Assembly (NCBI GenBank): GCA_027005735.1 | Contig: JALTLF010000103.1 | Location: 1-63,568, forward strand | Source of the DNA: Chromatiales bacterium | GTDB taxonomy: Bacteria > Pseudomonadota > Gammaproteobacteria > CAMYNG01 | Direction of reading: 5' to 3' | Length of the DNA: 63,568 bases | Shown: positions 20,449-29,832 of the stretch, piece by piece | Layout: the number at the start of each line of letters is the position of its first letter | Position numbering within the stretch: position 1 is the stretch's first letter | Position numbers and translations under genes: made by a program | Notes under the pieces: model-generated | Database searches by the model: none | Told to the model about the DNA's origin: nothing | Seen by the model: the letters and a program-made list of their open reading frames with translations, nothing else

Positions 20449-21074
20449 TGTCGGGTTATCTCCTCGATGAGTTGATCCAGTTCCTCGACAGCCCCGGCGC
20501 CACGCCTGCCCATGGCATAGACGCTACGACCTTCCAACGCGCTGGCACGGTACACCGCGCGTCGCCGAATGGCGGTAACTGCCACCGGTACGTCGATCTC
20601 CGACAGGGCGTCGCGCATCAACTGCGACAAGGTCGTGCGCGGCTCCAGTTGGTTGATGACCAGCAGGGCACGCAAGCCGGGGTTGTGCGTTCTGGCCTCT
20701 TGCACCGCCTGCTCGATGTGGACGGACGCCCACAGATCGAACGGCGACGGCTGCACCGGTATCAATGCCAGGTCACTAAAACGCAAAATAGTTCGTGTCT
20801 GCATCGCTTGAACAGATGGCGGGCAGTCCACCACTATATAGTCGTATTCCCCGCCGAGAGACCGAACCCTGCTGCCAGGGTCGTCGCTTGCGCTAATCAC
20901 CTCGGGCAAGGCAGTATCTTCCGAGATCGCGCGCCACTGCGCAGATGAGCCCTGTGGATCGGTGTCGAGTATTGCGGCCGAACCGGCCTGACGCGCCAGC
21001 CCAACGGCAAGATTTACCGCCAGCGTAGTCTTGCCGGCGCCACCTTTATTCCCAACCAGGGCGATGACGGGCAT
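20445..21074 (-). CDS. mcdA: ParA-family carboxysome positioning ATPase McdA
   Basis: GNKGGAGKTT, DTDPQGS and IVVDCPP; lies inside the cso operon, upstream of the WPD-ending partner. Confidence 0.85.
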   Translation of the reverse strand: MPVIALVGNKGGAGKTTLAVNLAVGLARQAGSAAILDTDPQGSSAQWRAISEDTALPEVISASDDPGSRVRSLGGEYDYIVVDCPPSVQAMQTRTILRFSDLALIPVQPSPFDLWASVHIEQAVQEARTHNPGLRALLVINQLEPRTTLSQLMRDALSEIDVPVAVTAIRRRAVYRASALEGRSVYAMGRRGAGAVEELDQLIEEITRQ

Positions 21075-21083
21075 CGGCTGACC

Positions 21084-21347
21084 TTAGTCTTTTTTCCTGG
21101 CGCTGAACAGTTCCTCGTAGGCTTCTGCCAGACGCCGCTGTGCTTCACCAAGCTCACTCGAGTCCTCGTCACCGTGGATAGTCACGTTGACGTAGTCCCG
21201 CCCGAACCCCATGTCTGGGAAAAGCCCTTCACGCTCCGAAATGTCCGCCGCGTCGTCGAGAAAGTCCCGTAAACTGTCATAGTCCGGAAAATCATAACGC
21301 CGTTCCAGTCGCACTGGGCGCGTACGTTCTTGCCACTGTTCACTCAT
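21084..21347 (-). CDS. Pterin-dehydratase-like Rubisco assembly factor (acRAF/Raf2)
   Basis: WQER.RP.RLERRYDF..Y..LRDFLD...P.MGFGRDYVNVTI pattern and cso-locus position. Confidence 0.8.
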   Translation of the reverse strand: MSEQWQERTRPVRLERRYDFPDYDSLRDFLDDAADISEREGLFPDMGFGRDYVNVTIHGDEDSSELGEAQRRLAEAYEELFSARKKD

Positions 21348-21360
21348 TCTCCCGCTCCTC

Positions 21361-21834
21361 TTAGCTGGCATTTGCACTTCCCTCGTTTGCGCCAGACCGC
21401 CCAAGTTCACTGAGCCATTCCGTCAGTTCCTGCGCGTGTTTCTTCTCCTCGCTAAGCAGTCCCTCGAAGAATACACGGTTGTCCTGGTCGCCGATACGGG
21501 AACAATGTGCCACGGCCTGCGTATACAACTGTACCAGTTCCAGCTCGAACTCCAGATCGTATGTCAACAGGTCACGCAGACTCTGGCCCAGTTTCACAGG
21601 ACGAAGCTGTGAGGCATTGGGCGCCACTGAGAGAGCCAGCATCCGGGCGATAATCCTTTCAGCATGCATCAGTTCTTCGTTGGCTTCATCACGCAGTTGC
21701 GCGGATTCCTCGACCAGGCCCCAGATCCCGAGCAGTCGGGCCTGCGTGGTGTAAAGCTGGACCGCAGAGAGCTCAAAACTCAGAGCCCGGCCGAGATAAC
21801 CCAGGACTTGCGAATCGGCATGAGTTTGCAACAT
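21361..21834 (-). CDS. Bacterioferritin-like protein of the carboxysome locus
   Basis: Ferroxidase ligand motifs ELSAVQLY, EELMHAE, ELELVQLY and EEKKH. Confidence 0.85.
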   Translation of the reverse strand: MLQTHADSQVLGYLGRALSFELSAVQLYTTQARLLGIWGLVEESAQLRDEANEELMHAERIIARMLALSVAPNASQLRPVKLGQSLRDLLTYDLEFELELVQLYTQAVAHCSRIGDQDNRVFFEGLLSEEKKHAQELTEWLSELGRSGANEGSANAS

Positions 21835-21876
21835 GACGACAGACTACACGCTCAGCTTGTCACAACCGGTAAGTTA

Positions 21877-22191
21877 TTAGCTCCGCGACGGTCGGTTGCC
21901 GCCCGAGTCATCGAGAACAGGCTCAACCTCACGATGAGGACGGGCAATAATGTGCGCCGCTACCAGGCCATCGCCAACGCGCTCGCAGGCATCTGCGCCG
22001 GCACGGACGGCGGCATTTACTGCGCCGGTTTCGCCGCGAACGAGAACGGTGACATAGCCGCCACCGACAAACTCCCGCCCGATAAGGCGAACTTCTGCGG
22101 CCTTGGTCATGGCGTCCGCCGCTTCGATGGCGGGAACCAATCCGCGCGTTTCAATCATACCCAGTGCAATGCCAAAGTTTTCATTGGCCAT
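21877..22191 (-). CDS. csoS1: Carboxysome hexameric shell protein CsoS1
   Basis: GIALGMIETRGLVPAIEAADAMTKAAEV...HIIARPHREVEP. Confidence 0.97.
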   Translation of the reverse strand: MANENFGIALGMIETRGLVPAIEAADAMTKAAEVRLIGREFVGGGYVTVLVRGETGAVNAAVRAGADACERVGDGLVAAHIIARPHREVEPVLDDSGGNRPSRS

Positions 22192-22233
22192 GGCAAAATC
22201 TCCTGTTCATTCAGTTAAATTCAATACCCGGCA

Positions 22234-22542
22234 TCAGGCCTTGGCTGCGTTGCCGCCTGTAGGCAATACCGGCTCCACTTCACGGTGAGGGCGAGCGATG
22301 ATGTGTGCGGCAACCAGCCCATCACCTACACGCTCACAGGCATCTGCGCCGGCACGTACCGCCGCGTTAACAGCACCCGTCTCACCGCGAACCAGTACGG
22401 ACACATATCCGCCACCGACGAATTCGCGCCCAATGAGACGAACCTCGGCCGCCTTGGTCATGGCATCGGCGGCTTCAATCGCCGGCACCAGACCTCGCGT
22501 CTCAATCATTCCCAAAGCAATACCATAGTTGTCGTTAGCCAT
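22234..22542 (-). CDS. csoS1: Carboxysome hexameric shell protein CsoS1 (paralog)
   Basis: Near-identical BMC domain with a different C-terminal tail. Confidence 0.97.
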   Translation of the reverse strand: MANDNYGIALGMIETRGLVPAIEAADAMTKAAEVRLIGREFVGGGYVSVLVRGETGAVNAAVRAGADACERVGDGLVAAHIIARPHREVEPVLPTGGNAAKA

Positions 22543-22606
22543 TTTCGTGTCTCCTTCTGACTCGGTTGTTTAACTAGAAACTCGTGTTACATCGGGAAGA
22601 AAGAAC

Positions 22607-22864
22607 CTAAGATTGTTCTTCCTTCCAGAAATCTATAATTCCGCAGATCGTCAGATCTGTCAGCACCTCGTAATCGCCGGTCGCATACCTGGCTGCCGAT
22701 CCCATTGCCGTGAATACCCAGTTGCCTTCTCGGCAACCCACCGGATCGACCGCCACCTGGCGCTTTCCTGTTTTTACGTTTCGCAGAACCCTAAGGCTCG
22801 CATGTTCCAGACCAGAGATCCGCTGAGTACAGACGAGAGGGGCTTCCACCTGCAAAATCTCCAT
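22607..22864 (-). CDS. csoS4B: Carboxysome vertex pentamer CsoS4B
   Basis: MEILQVEAPLVCTQRI, VAVDPVGCREGNWVF and DLTICGIID. Confidence 0.92.
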   Translation of the reverse strand: MEILQVEAPLVCTQRISGLEHASLRVLRNVKTGKRQVAVDPVGCREGNWVFTAMGSAARYATGDYEVLTDLTICGIIDFWKEEQS

Positions 22865-22868
22865 GGTT

Positions 22869-23120
22869 CTATCTCCCTTCCGGCGGCCAGTGATCGATGA
22901 TCCCTACAATGGTCAGATCACTCGGATAATCCTTGCTGCCCGCGGCTTCACGCGCCGCGGAACTCCCCACGCATATAACCCAGTCACCCGGCTTGCAACC
23001 CACTGCATCGACGGCCACAGCAGACGCGCCACCATCGTTGACGACCTGCAAATGCCTATGACCCAAACCTGGTATGCGATTGGTCGAGACCAGAGGCCCT
23101 TCTACCTGGCAGATTTTCAT
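22869..23120 (-). CDS. csoS4A: Carboxysome vertex pentamer CsoS4A
   Basis: MKICQVEGPLVSTNRI, AVDAVGCKPGDWV, GSSAAREAAG and SDLTIVGIIDHW. Confidence 0.93.
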   Translation of the reverse strand: MKICQVEGPLVSTNRIPGLGHRHLQVVNDGGASAVAVDAVGCKPGDWVICVGSSAAREAAGSKDYPSDLTIVGIIDHWPPEGR

Positions 23121-24646
23121 CAATGCGCCCCCACTGAACTCTGTGCATATACAGACGAACCCAGAACTTCTATCCGCTCCCCGGCAGCGCAATCGCGGAT
23201 TGCCTGCAAGGTATGAAACAAACCTTTTTTTACCAGTTCTTCGTAACGCGCCTCGAGGGCTTCTGCCACTCGCCTGCAACTGGTAGCGGCTCGCTCGCGC
23301 GCACCTGGCACATGGCCGTGGTAATCGAAACGAATTACGACTGGAACCGGCAGCCCATGCGCGACATTCAGTCCGGTAAATATCTTTATGCCCACGTCCA
23401 GATCGGCTGCCCCTTCCTCGACCGTGTTCATATATGTGAAGTATGTGAGATTGCGTATCTGAATTTCTTCAAAGCCAATTCCGACCCCGATAAATCGCTC
23501 TGCGTGTCCGATATCCGGGTATGCGCCCCGGTAATTCCGTCTGACATACTCGAGTTGAGAAATATTGTTCGTCACCAGGCGACATACCAGATCAATCATG
23601 CCGGGCGTCGCGCCACTGCTGGCAGCGCGGACCGTTTTTTCAACCGTCACCATGGCCTGGTCGGCATTCATGCCACTCGTGGCCGCGTAAACTTTGCCCG
23701 TATCGACAAAAGTGTCGATGTCAATTTTTCCATTCTCGTCGGCAACGTGGATACGAATGGAATCTGTATCTGTATCCAGGCCAATCAACAGGAGATCGAT
23801 GGAGGCCCCGCAACAAAAACTGTTTTCCACAGCCTGCTGAAATGCATACAGGCTTTTCCGCCCGGCCTCAGACGCGCGGCGCGTATCTGAACCGTGGGCT
23901 GCACAGCCTTCGTGCTCCGGATCGCCAGAGCTGAAATGATAGACGACGGCCTTGAGATAGCGCGTTGGCTTGTCCGCGGTATCAGGGCGACCCTCACGAT
24001 AACGAAAGAACTCCGTCTCGATCCATTTCTCCAGGCTGTCCTCAATGTCAAACATCGCGCCTGCATATGATTTCCGCCTGACTTCCCGGTAAGGCAGTCG
24101 CAACACGTAGCTTATTACGTGCGCAAGCCTTCCATCGGCACAGGGTGAAACGTCCATCGTATGGAACCCACACCGCAACAGAAATGACTGGAAGTCCTCG
24201 TCTGTGTCAATATCCTGTCGGGTAAAGAAATCGTCGCTAAAGCGCCGGTATGTCTCGAACATGCACCAGGCATACAGGCCACGCATGTCCAGCTGATTAA
24301 CCCACGCATCTGCAAGTATTTGGCAGGGCAACTCAAAACCCAGTTGCTTGCGCGCCAGTTCCTGTGCCCTTTCTTCAAAGTTCCCCTCGTGCTGCAAGGC
24401 CGAAATCTGTCTCAATACGGGAACGATGTTGTCAAACGCATCTTTGACACGTTTTTCGTAGTTGAACAACTGCTGGTTCTGACGCTCGTTACACAAGGGA
24501 TGTGCTGCCCCGTCCGAAACAGCACGCGAAAAGGCGTGCCCTGCACCATCCGGGCGCACGGATTCCGCCCGCGCCGGCGCACCTGAGGCATTGATCGGCA
24601 TCGACCACCTCCGTGTACGTGCTGCTTTTCGTCGTGAACCCAACAT
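23120..24646 (-). CDS. csoS3: Carboxysomal carbonic anhydrase CsoSCA (CsoS3)
   Basis: HPLCNERQN, VSPCADGRL and YHFS..HEGCAAH zinc ligands. Confidence 0.95.
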   Translation of the reverse strand: MLGSRRKAARTRRWSMPINASGAPARAESVRPDGAGHAFSRAVSDGAAHPLCNERQNQQLFNYEKRVKDAFDNIVPVLRQISALQHEGNFEERAQELARKQLGFELPCQILADAWVNQLDMRGLYAWCMFETYRRFSDDFFTRQDIDTDEDFQSFLLRCGFHTMDVSPCADGRLAHVISYVLRLPYREVRRKSYAGAMFDIEDSLEKWIETEFFRYREGRPDTADKPTRYLKAVVYHFSSGDPEHEGCAAHGSDTRRASEAGRKSLYAFQQAVENSFCCGASIDLLLIGLDTDTDSIRIHVADENGKIDIDTFVDTGKVYAATSGMNADQAMVTVEKTVRAASSGATPGMIDLVCRLVTNNISQLEYVRRNYRGAYPDIGHAERFIGVGIGFEEIQIRNLTYFTYMNTVEEGAADLDVGIKIFTGLNVAHGLPVPVVIRFDYHGHVPGARERAATSCRRVAEALEARYEELVKKGLFHTLQAIRDCAAGERIEVLGSSVYAQSSVGAH

Positions 24647-24669
24647 GGTTTTCAGTGTTTCCGGTTTCC

Positions 24670-26925
24670 TTAGCCGCGAGCCCCACCGGAATAGGTCACC
24701 AGGGACCCCTTCTCAGTATTGCCGCTACTGCCCGTGACCTTGCTGCTCGGCACAGGCAGTTCTTCATTACGCTTGGCGGCCAGTTCCATAGCCATCGACG
24801 ACGAATTACCACGGCGGGTAGGGTTCCGCTTCGTCGCGGACAGTCCTTCGGTACCGGTAACGCGCTCGTTACGGTCCCAGTCGTCGCCCGTAATTCGGAG
24901 TCCAGCGTCCTGACCCTCTCCCGTTACCCGCGACTTGATACGTTCTTCAACCACTGTCGTGACCTGCGGAGCCACCGGGGGTCCACCGTTCCCAAAGCGC
25001 GCTTCTTCCGTCCCGGTTACCTTGCCGTCGGCCTTGCCAAACGGCCCGGTAATTTGGCCTTTCTCGTATTTCGTACCCGTTACCGCCTCATGTTCCGCCG
25101 GCGCACGGGAAGCATGGCTCGGTGCCCCGACGCTGAACTGACCCCAGGGCGTCTCTCCCAGTTTCTGTGGAAAATCCGGGCTGGAACTGTCTGCCGGCAC
25201 ACCCGGGCAGGCATTGGCAAACTGATCAGCACCGACGTACGGCGTACCCGTGAGCGGCTCGCAGGCGCCCTTGTCAGCGCCAGTCAGCACGCCATTGAGA
25301 CCCGGCTGCTGGCCGGTGATCGGCATACCCGGCGTCGCACGACGCTGCGCGCTCCGCTCCCGCGCGATGAGCTGTTGGCCAGGCGGACAGTATTCCTGGT
25401 AGTTCTCCACCCCGGCATACGGTGTTCCCGTTACTGACTTGCACGTCCCAGGCTCGTCACCAGTTACCCTGGTATCACGGCCGGTCAGGGTACCGGTCAC
25501 GGGATTTTCCTTTAGCGTTGCCGACACCCCGACCTTGCGGTCGGTTGCCTTCGGCGTGGTGTTACAGAAGGTGCTGTACTGTTCCTGGCCGACATAGTCG
25601 TCACCTGTCACGTTGCGGCAACTGCCCGGTTCGTCACCGGTAACACGCTGGTTACGTCCCACCAGGGTCCCGGTTACGCTGCCGCCCCGCAGGGTACTGC
25701 TCACGCCGACCTTTTCCGGCGCGCGGCCACCATTGCCCGACTGCATGACCGACGTGCCAGTCAGTTCCCGTGTTGAACCCGACTCGTCGCCGGTCACCTT
25801 TTCGGAGCGACCCACATTGTTGCCGGTAACTGTTTTTCCCCTGCGTGTTTCCGAGCTCGTGATCTTGGGCGGCCCCGCTTCGACACTTGTATTGCAGAAT
25901 TCCTGCACCTGCCCCGCGCTCACGTACTGATTTCCGGTCACGCGTTTGCAGGTACCCGGTTCGTTTCCGGTTACCCGGGCACTACGATCCAGCCTGTTAC
26001 CACTCACGGTATTACCTGTCGCTGTCGAGGTAACCTGAACCTTGGCCGGCGATCTGGGTACTTCCGCCTGACAGAATTCCCGGAAAATTTCCGCACCCAG
26101 GTATTCTGTGCCAGTGACAGGACGACAGGTACTCGGCTCGTCACCAGTGACGGTGCTGCTGCGGCCAACAATGGTGCCGGTCACGGTCTGGCCGTGGCTC
26201 GTTTGACTTGCGCCGACCTTCCAGGGCGCATCCTCCGCCCCTGCGCTTTCCTTGCCGGGACGGATACGACCACTGGGTCGACACTTGCTGTCCGCACTGC
26301 CACTATCGCACTTGCCACGCGTGCTGCGCTCTTCGCGAATTGAACGCGCGAGTTCCCGCCCGGAAATATTCGGGTTCGTTGCGCGCGCAGTCTGGGCAGC
26401 GCTCGGGCCGTTCCCGGTCAGCGCCGCCTTGCCACGTGTCGAGAGGGCGATACGACGAGCGAGAGATGCCGCACGAGCCGGGTTTTCAATCTTCCTGCCG
26501 GCACGTATCACTGGCGCAGGGGATGCGACACCGGTGGCCGCAGAAACCTCCGACCGTTCCTTGCTCGCCTTACAACCGCAACCACATCCGGACTTTTCAG
26601 CTGCAGGGCCAGACTCGCTACTTGCCCGCACCGGCGCCGTTGTATTGCCAATTTCGTCGCTACGTGTACGGTCCTGGCTGACAACAGATGCCTTGCCACC
26701 GACCGACATGGCACGGCGGCGCGCCAGAGAATACTGGCGGGTTGACATGGCCGTTCCGGTGCCCGCGGCGCCCGCACTACTCGCCGTGTTCGCCGCTGGG
26801 TCGACTGTGGACGAGGCATTCTTGCTGCCCTGTCGGCTCTGCAGACCCGCCTTGCCTTTCTCGTAGGAAAGACGGCGACGCTCCATGGCGATCTGGCGTG
26901 CGGTCTTGTTAGCAGTTTGTGTCAT
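24670..26925 (-). CDS. csoS2: Carboxysome scaffold CsoS2
   Basis: Four N-terminal R-rich helix repeats, six VTG-rich M repeats, C-terminal LVTYSGGARG. Confidence 0.96.
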   Translation of the reverse strand: MTQTANKTARQIAMERRRLSYEKGKAGLQSRQGSKNASSTVDPAANTASSAGAAGTGTAMSTRQYSLARRRAMSVGGKASVVSQDRTRSDEIGNTTAPVRASSESGPAAEKSGCGCGCKASKERSEVSAATGVASPAPVIRAGRKIENPARAASLARRIALSTRGKAALTGNGPSAAQTARATNPNISGRELARSIREERSTRGKCDSGSADSKCRPSGRIRPGKESAGAEDAPWKVGASQTSHGQTVTGTIVGRSSTVTGDEPSTCRPVTGTEYLGAEIFREFCQAEVPRSPAKVQVTSTATGNTVSGNRLDRSARVTGNEPGTCKRVTGNQYVSAGQVQEFCNTSVEAGPPKITSSETRRGKTVTGNNVGRSEKVTGDESGSTRELTGTSVMQSGNGGRAPEKVGVSSTLRGGSVTGTLVGRNQRVTGDEPGSCRNVTGDDYVGQEQYSTFCNTTPKATDRKVGVSATLKENPVTGTLTGRDTRVTGDEPGTCKSVTGTPYAGVENYQEYCPPGQQLIARERSAQRRATPGMPITGQQPGLNGVLTGADKGACEPLTGTPYVGADQFANACPGVPADSSSPDFPQKLGETPWGQFSVGAPSHASRAPAEHEAVTGTKYEKGQITGPFGKADGKVTGTEEARFGNGGPPVAPQVTTVVEERIKSRVTGEGQDAGLRITGDDWDRNERVTGTEGLSATKRNPTRRGNSSSMAMELAAKRNEELPVPSSKVTGSSGNTEKGSLVTYSGGARG

Positions 26926-27005
26926 GTTTATCTCCACTACACCTGTGTCGTACTTGGCCTTCTTTTAGATCCTTTCCTCCGAGATAGGCTTGTTGGTTAC
27001 ACTGC

Positions 27006-27344
27006 CTATCGCGCGTCGTAAACGACGAAGCACACGCCCTGACTCTGGGTATAGCTGTCATAGCCTATCAGGCGCACATGATGATCCGGATACGCACGGT
27101 GACAGGCCTCCATTTCAGCAACGACGTTGTTCAGGTTGCTCTCACCAAAAAACGGCAGCTTCCACATGGTCCAGTAGTGATCAAAAGCCTGCGTCGGATG
27201 CGCGTGTTCAATGGCCGGCGTCCATCCTTGTGAAATGATGTAGTTTATCTGAGCGTAGATCTCGTCTTGGCTTAACCTGGGCAGAAACCCGAAAGTCTCC
27301 AGCGTATGTTGTGTATGGTAATCACCTGCGGTTTGATGTTGCAT
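27006..27344 (-). CDS. cbbS: Rubisco small subunit, form IAc
   Basis: [16 protein letters not shown] and [13 protein letters not shown]. Confidence 0.97.
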   Translation of the reverse strand: MQHQTAGDYHTQHTLETFGFLPRLSQDEIYAQINYIISQGWTPAIEHAHPTQAFDHYWTMWKLPFFGESNLNNVVAEMEACHRAYPDHHVRLIGYDSYTQSQGVCFVVYDAR

Positions 27345-27398
27345 CTTGTTATCCTCTGAATAAATTTACTAAATTCTTCCAGCCATCCAATTACAAGC

Positions 27399-28811
27399 TC
27401 AACCAACGTCCAGCTTGTCAACGGTTTCAAATTCGAATTTGATTTCCTTCCAGGTTTCCATTGCCATGGCCAGCTCAGGACTATGCTGCGCTGCCGTAGT
27501 AAGGATTTCCTTACCCTCTTTCTCGAGGTGACGTCCCTCGTTACGGGCCTTAACACATGCCTCTAGTGCAACGCGGTTGGCGGCGGCACCTGCGGCGTTG
27601 CCCCAGGGGTGGCCCTGGGTACCGCCACCGAACTGAAGCACGGAATCATCGCCGAAGATGGTGACCAGAGCCGGCATGTGCCAGACATGGATACCACCGG
27701 ATGCCACGGCGAACACGCCGGGCATGGAGCCCCAGTCCTGATCAAAAAACACGCCACGCGAGCGATCTTCCGGCACGAACGATTCGCGCAGCTGATCTAC
27801 AAAGCCCAGGGTCGAGTTGCGGTCACCTTCGAGCTTGCCGACAACGGTTCCGGTATGCAGATGATCACCGCCGGAGAGGCGCAGGCACTTGGCCAGAACG
27901 CGGAAATGGATACCGTGCTTGGGATGGCGGTCGATTACCGCGTGCATGGCGCGGTGAATATGCAGCAGCATGCCGTTCTTCCGACACCAGTTCGCCAATC
28001 CCGTATTGGCAGTGAAACCACCAGTCAGGAAATCATGCATGATGATTGGCATACCAAGTTCCTTGGCAAACTCGGCGCGCTCGTACATGTCTTCGGGGGT
28101 CGCAGCTGTCACGTTTAGATAATGGCCCTTGCGTTCCCCAGTTTCCTGCTCAGCCTTCATGATGGCCTCGGCTACAAATTCAAATCGGTCGCGCCAGCGC
28201 ATGAACGGCTGCGAGTTGACGTTTTCGTCATCCTTGGTCAGGTCGAGTCCGCCACGCAGGCACTCATAAACCGCACGGCCATAGTTTTTGGCTGAGAGGC
28301 CCAGCTTGGGCTTGATGGTACAACCGAGCATCGGACGGCCATACTTGTTGAGGCGATCGCGCTCCACCTGGATCCCGGCTGGCGGCCCGCCACAGGTCTT
28401 GATATAGGCAATGGGAAAGCGAATATCTTCCAGGCGGAGGTGCTTGAGCGCCTTGAAACCGAATACGTTACCCACGAGCGAGGTCAGGACATTGACGATG
28501 GAGCCCTCCTCGAACAGGTCGATGGGATAGGCCACAAACGCATAGAAGGACTCCGAATCCCCCGGTACATCTTCGATTCGGTATGCGCGGCCCTTGTAGT
28601 ATTCGAGATCGGTGAGCAACTCAGACCATACCGTACTCCAGGTACCGGTGGATGACTCCGCCGCGACTGCCGCGGCGACCTCTTCACGCGGCACGCCCGG
28701 CTGGCCCGTCACCTTGAAACAGGCCAGCAGGTCGGTGTCCAATGGCACATAGTCGGGGGTCCAGTACTTCTCGCGGTACTCCTTCACACCCGCTTCGTAT
28801 TGTTTAGCCAT
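27399..28811 (-). CDS. cbbL: Rubisco large subunit, form IAc (carboxysomal)
   Basis: [11 protein letters not shown] active-site motif; [10 protein letters not shown]; heads the cso operon. Confidence 0.98.
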   Translation of the reverse strand: MAKQYEAGVKEYREKYWTPDYVPLDTDLLACFKVTGQPGVPREEVAAAVAAESSTGTWSTVWSELLTDLEYYKGRAYRIEDVPGDSESFYAFVAYPIDLFEEGSIVNVLTSLVGNVFGFKALKHLRLEDIRFPIAYIKTCGGPPAGIQVERDRLNKYGRPMLGCTIKPKLGLSAKNYGRAVYECLRGGLDLTKDDENVNSQPFMRWRDRFEFVAEAIMKAEQETGERKGHYLNVTAATPEDMYERAEFAKELGMPIIMHDFLTGGFTANTGLANWCRKNGMLLHIHRAMHAVIDRHPKHGIHFRVLAKCLRLSGGDHLHTGTVVGKLEGDRNSTLGFVDQLRESFVPEDRSRGVFFDQDWGSMPGVFAVASGGIHVWHMPALVTIFGDDSVLQFGGGTQGHPWGNAAGAAANRVALEACVKARNEGRHLEKEGKEILTTAAQHSPELAMAMETWKEIKFEFETVDKLDVG

Positions 28812-28920
28812 GTTCTACTCCTGATTCTGTGTGTAAAAAAATGCTTGAGCGTCTTGCGCGTGGTGGCAAGAGTACGACCTGAGGGGAACCGGGTACCAAT
28901 CGAAGTTTTATTGCTGTTTC

Positions 28921-28936
28921 ATCGATGCAAGTCTAT
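28921..28936. promoter_or_regulatory. Candidate CbbR box upstream of carboxysomal cbbL
   Basis: ATCGATGCAAGTCTAT, an imperfect match to ATAR-N8-YTAT. Confidence 0.45.
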
Positions 28937-29088
28937 GCATAAGAGGCCTGCCCAATAAGGAAGACTATAAGATATTACGGGCTCCATGCCGGGACACGGA
29001 GACACAGGGAATACATGTATTAAAACAAAGGTTATTGGGTGTTTTTCGTGCAGATTATGGCGTCCCTAAGAAAGAGAAGGGGCAATTA

Positions 29089-29104
29089 ATAGATAACAAT
29101 CTAT
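29089..29104. promoter_or_regulatory. Candidate CbbR box upstream of csoS1D
   Basis: Perfect palindrome ATAGAT-AACA-ATCTAT. Confidence 0.55.
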
Positions 29105-29188
29105 GAGAAGCCATGTTTTTTCATATTATCGGCTAACTGTTTGACGCCTGTAGAATCGGCCCATGAAAAATCATGGCGCCCCAACTCA

Positions 29189-29830
29189 ATGACCACCCCT
29201 TTTAATACACAGGCAACAATGAAGTTGCGTACCTATGTGTATGTCGATGCCCTGCAACCGCAACTGGCAGCTTACATGGCGACGGTATCTCAGGGGTTCC
29301 CGCCGGTTCCAGGCGATGCCTGTCTATGGGTAGAGGTATCGCCTGGCATGGCGATACACAGGGTCACTGATATCGGCCTCAAGGCGACCCAGGTACACCT
29401 GACGCAGAAGATCGTGGAACGTGAGTATGGCTCCATGGTTCTTCACCATCGCGACCAAAGCGATGTGATTGCCGCCGGTCACACCATATTGAGCCGAATG
29501 AATGCGCAGGTCGATGACCGTGTCGAGTGTAAAGTGGCATGGACGGAAACCATTCGCGGAATGAGCCCTGAACACTGTGTTCTGATCAACCGGCAAAACC
29601 GTATGGGTTCAATGATCCTGCCGGAACAAAGCATGTTCATCCTGGAAACCGAGCCAGCCGGTTATATCGTATATGCTGCCAATCAGGCAGAGAAGGCAGC
29701 AAACATTACCCTGATCGACGTCCGCGCGGTCGGGGCCTATGGACGCCTCATTGTGTCGGGACGTGAAGCTGATGTCGATGAAGCTGCCGCGGCCGCAATA
29801 GCCGCAGTTCAGAACCCGTCGAGGACCTGA
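29189..29830 (+). CDS. csoS1D: Tandem-BMC shell protein CsoS1D (start 29189 or 29219)
   Basis: [42 protein letters not shown] and ETEPAGY. Confidence 0.9.
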   Translation: MTTPFNTQATMKLRTYVYVDALQPQLAAYMATVSQGFPPVPGDACLWVEVSPGMAIHRVTDIGLKATQVHLTQKIVEREYGSMVLHHRDQSDVIAAGHTILSRMNAQVDDRVECKVAWTETIRGMSPEHCVLINRQNRMGSMILPEQSMFILETEPAGYIVYAANQAEKAANITLIDVRAVGAYGRLIVSGREADVDEAAAAAIAAVQNPSRT

Positions 29831-29832
29831 CC

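Noticed and set aside
20445-21074. Plasmid or chromosome partition system
   Set aside because: No parB or parS; the partner ends in WPD and the pair sits inside the cso operon, which fits McdAB.
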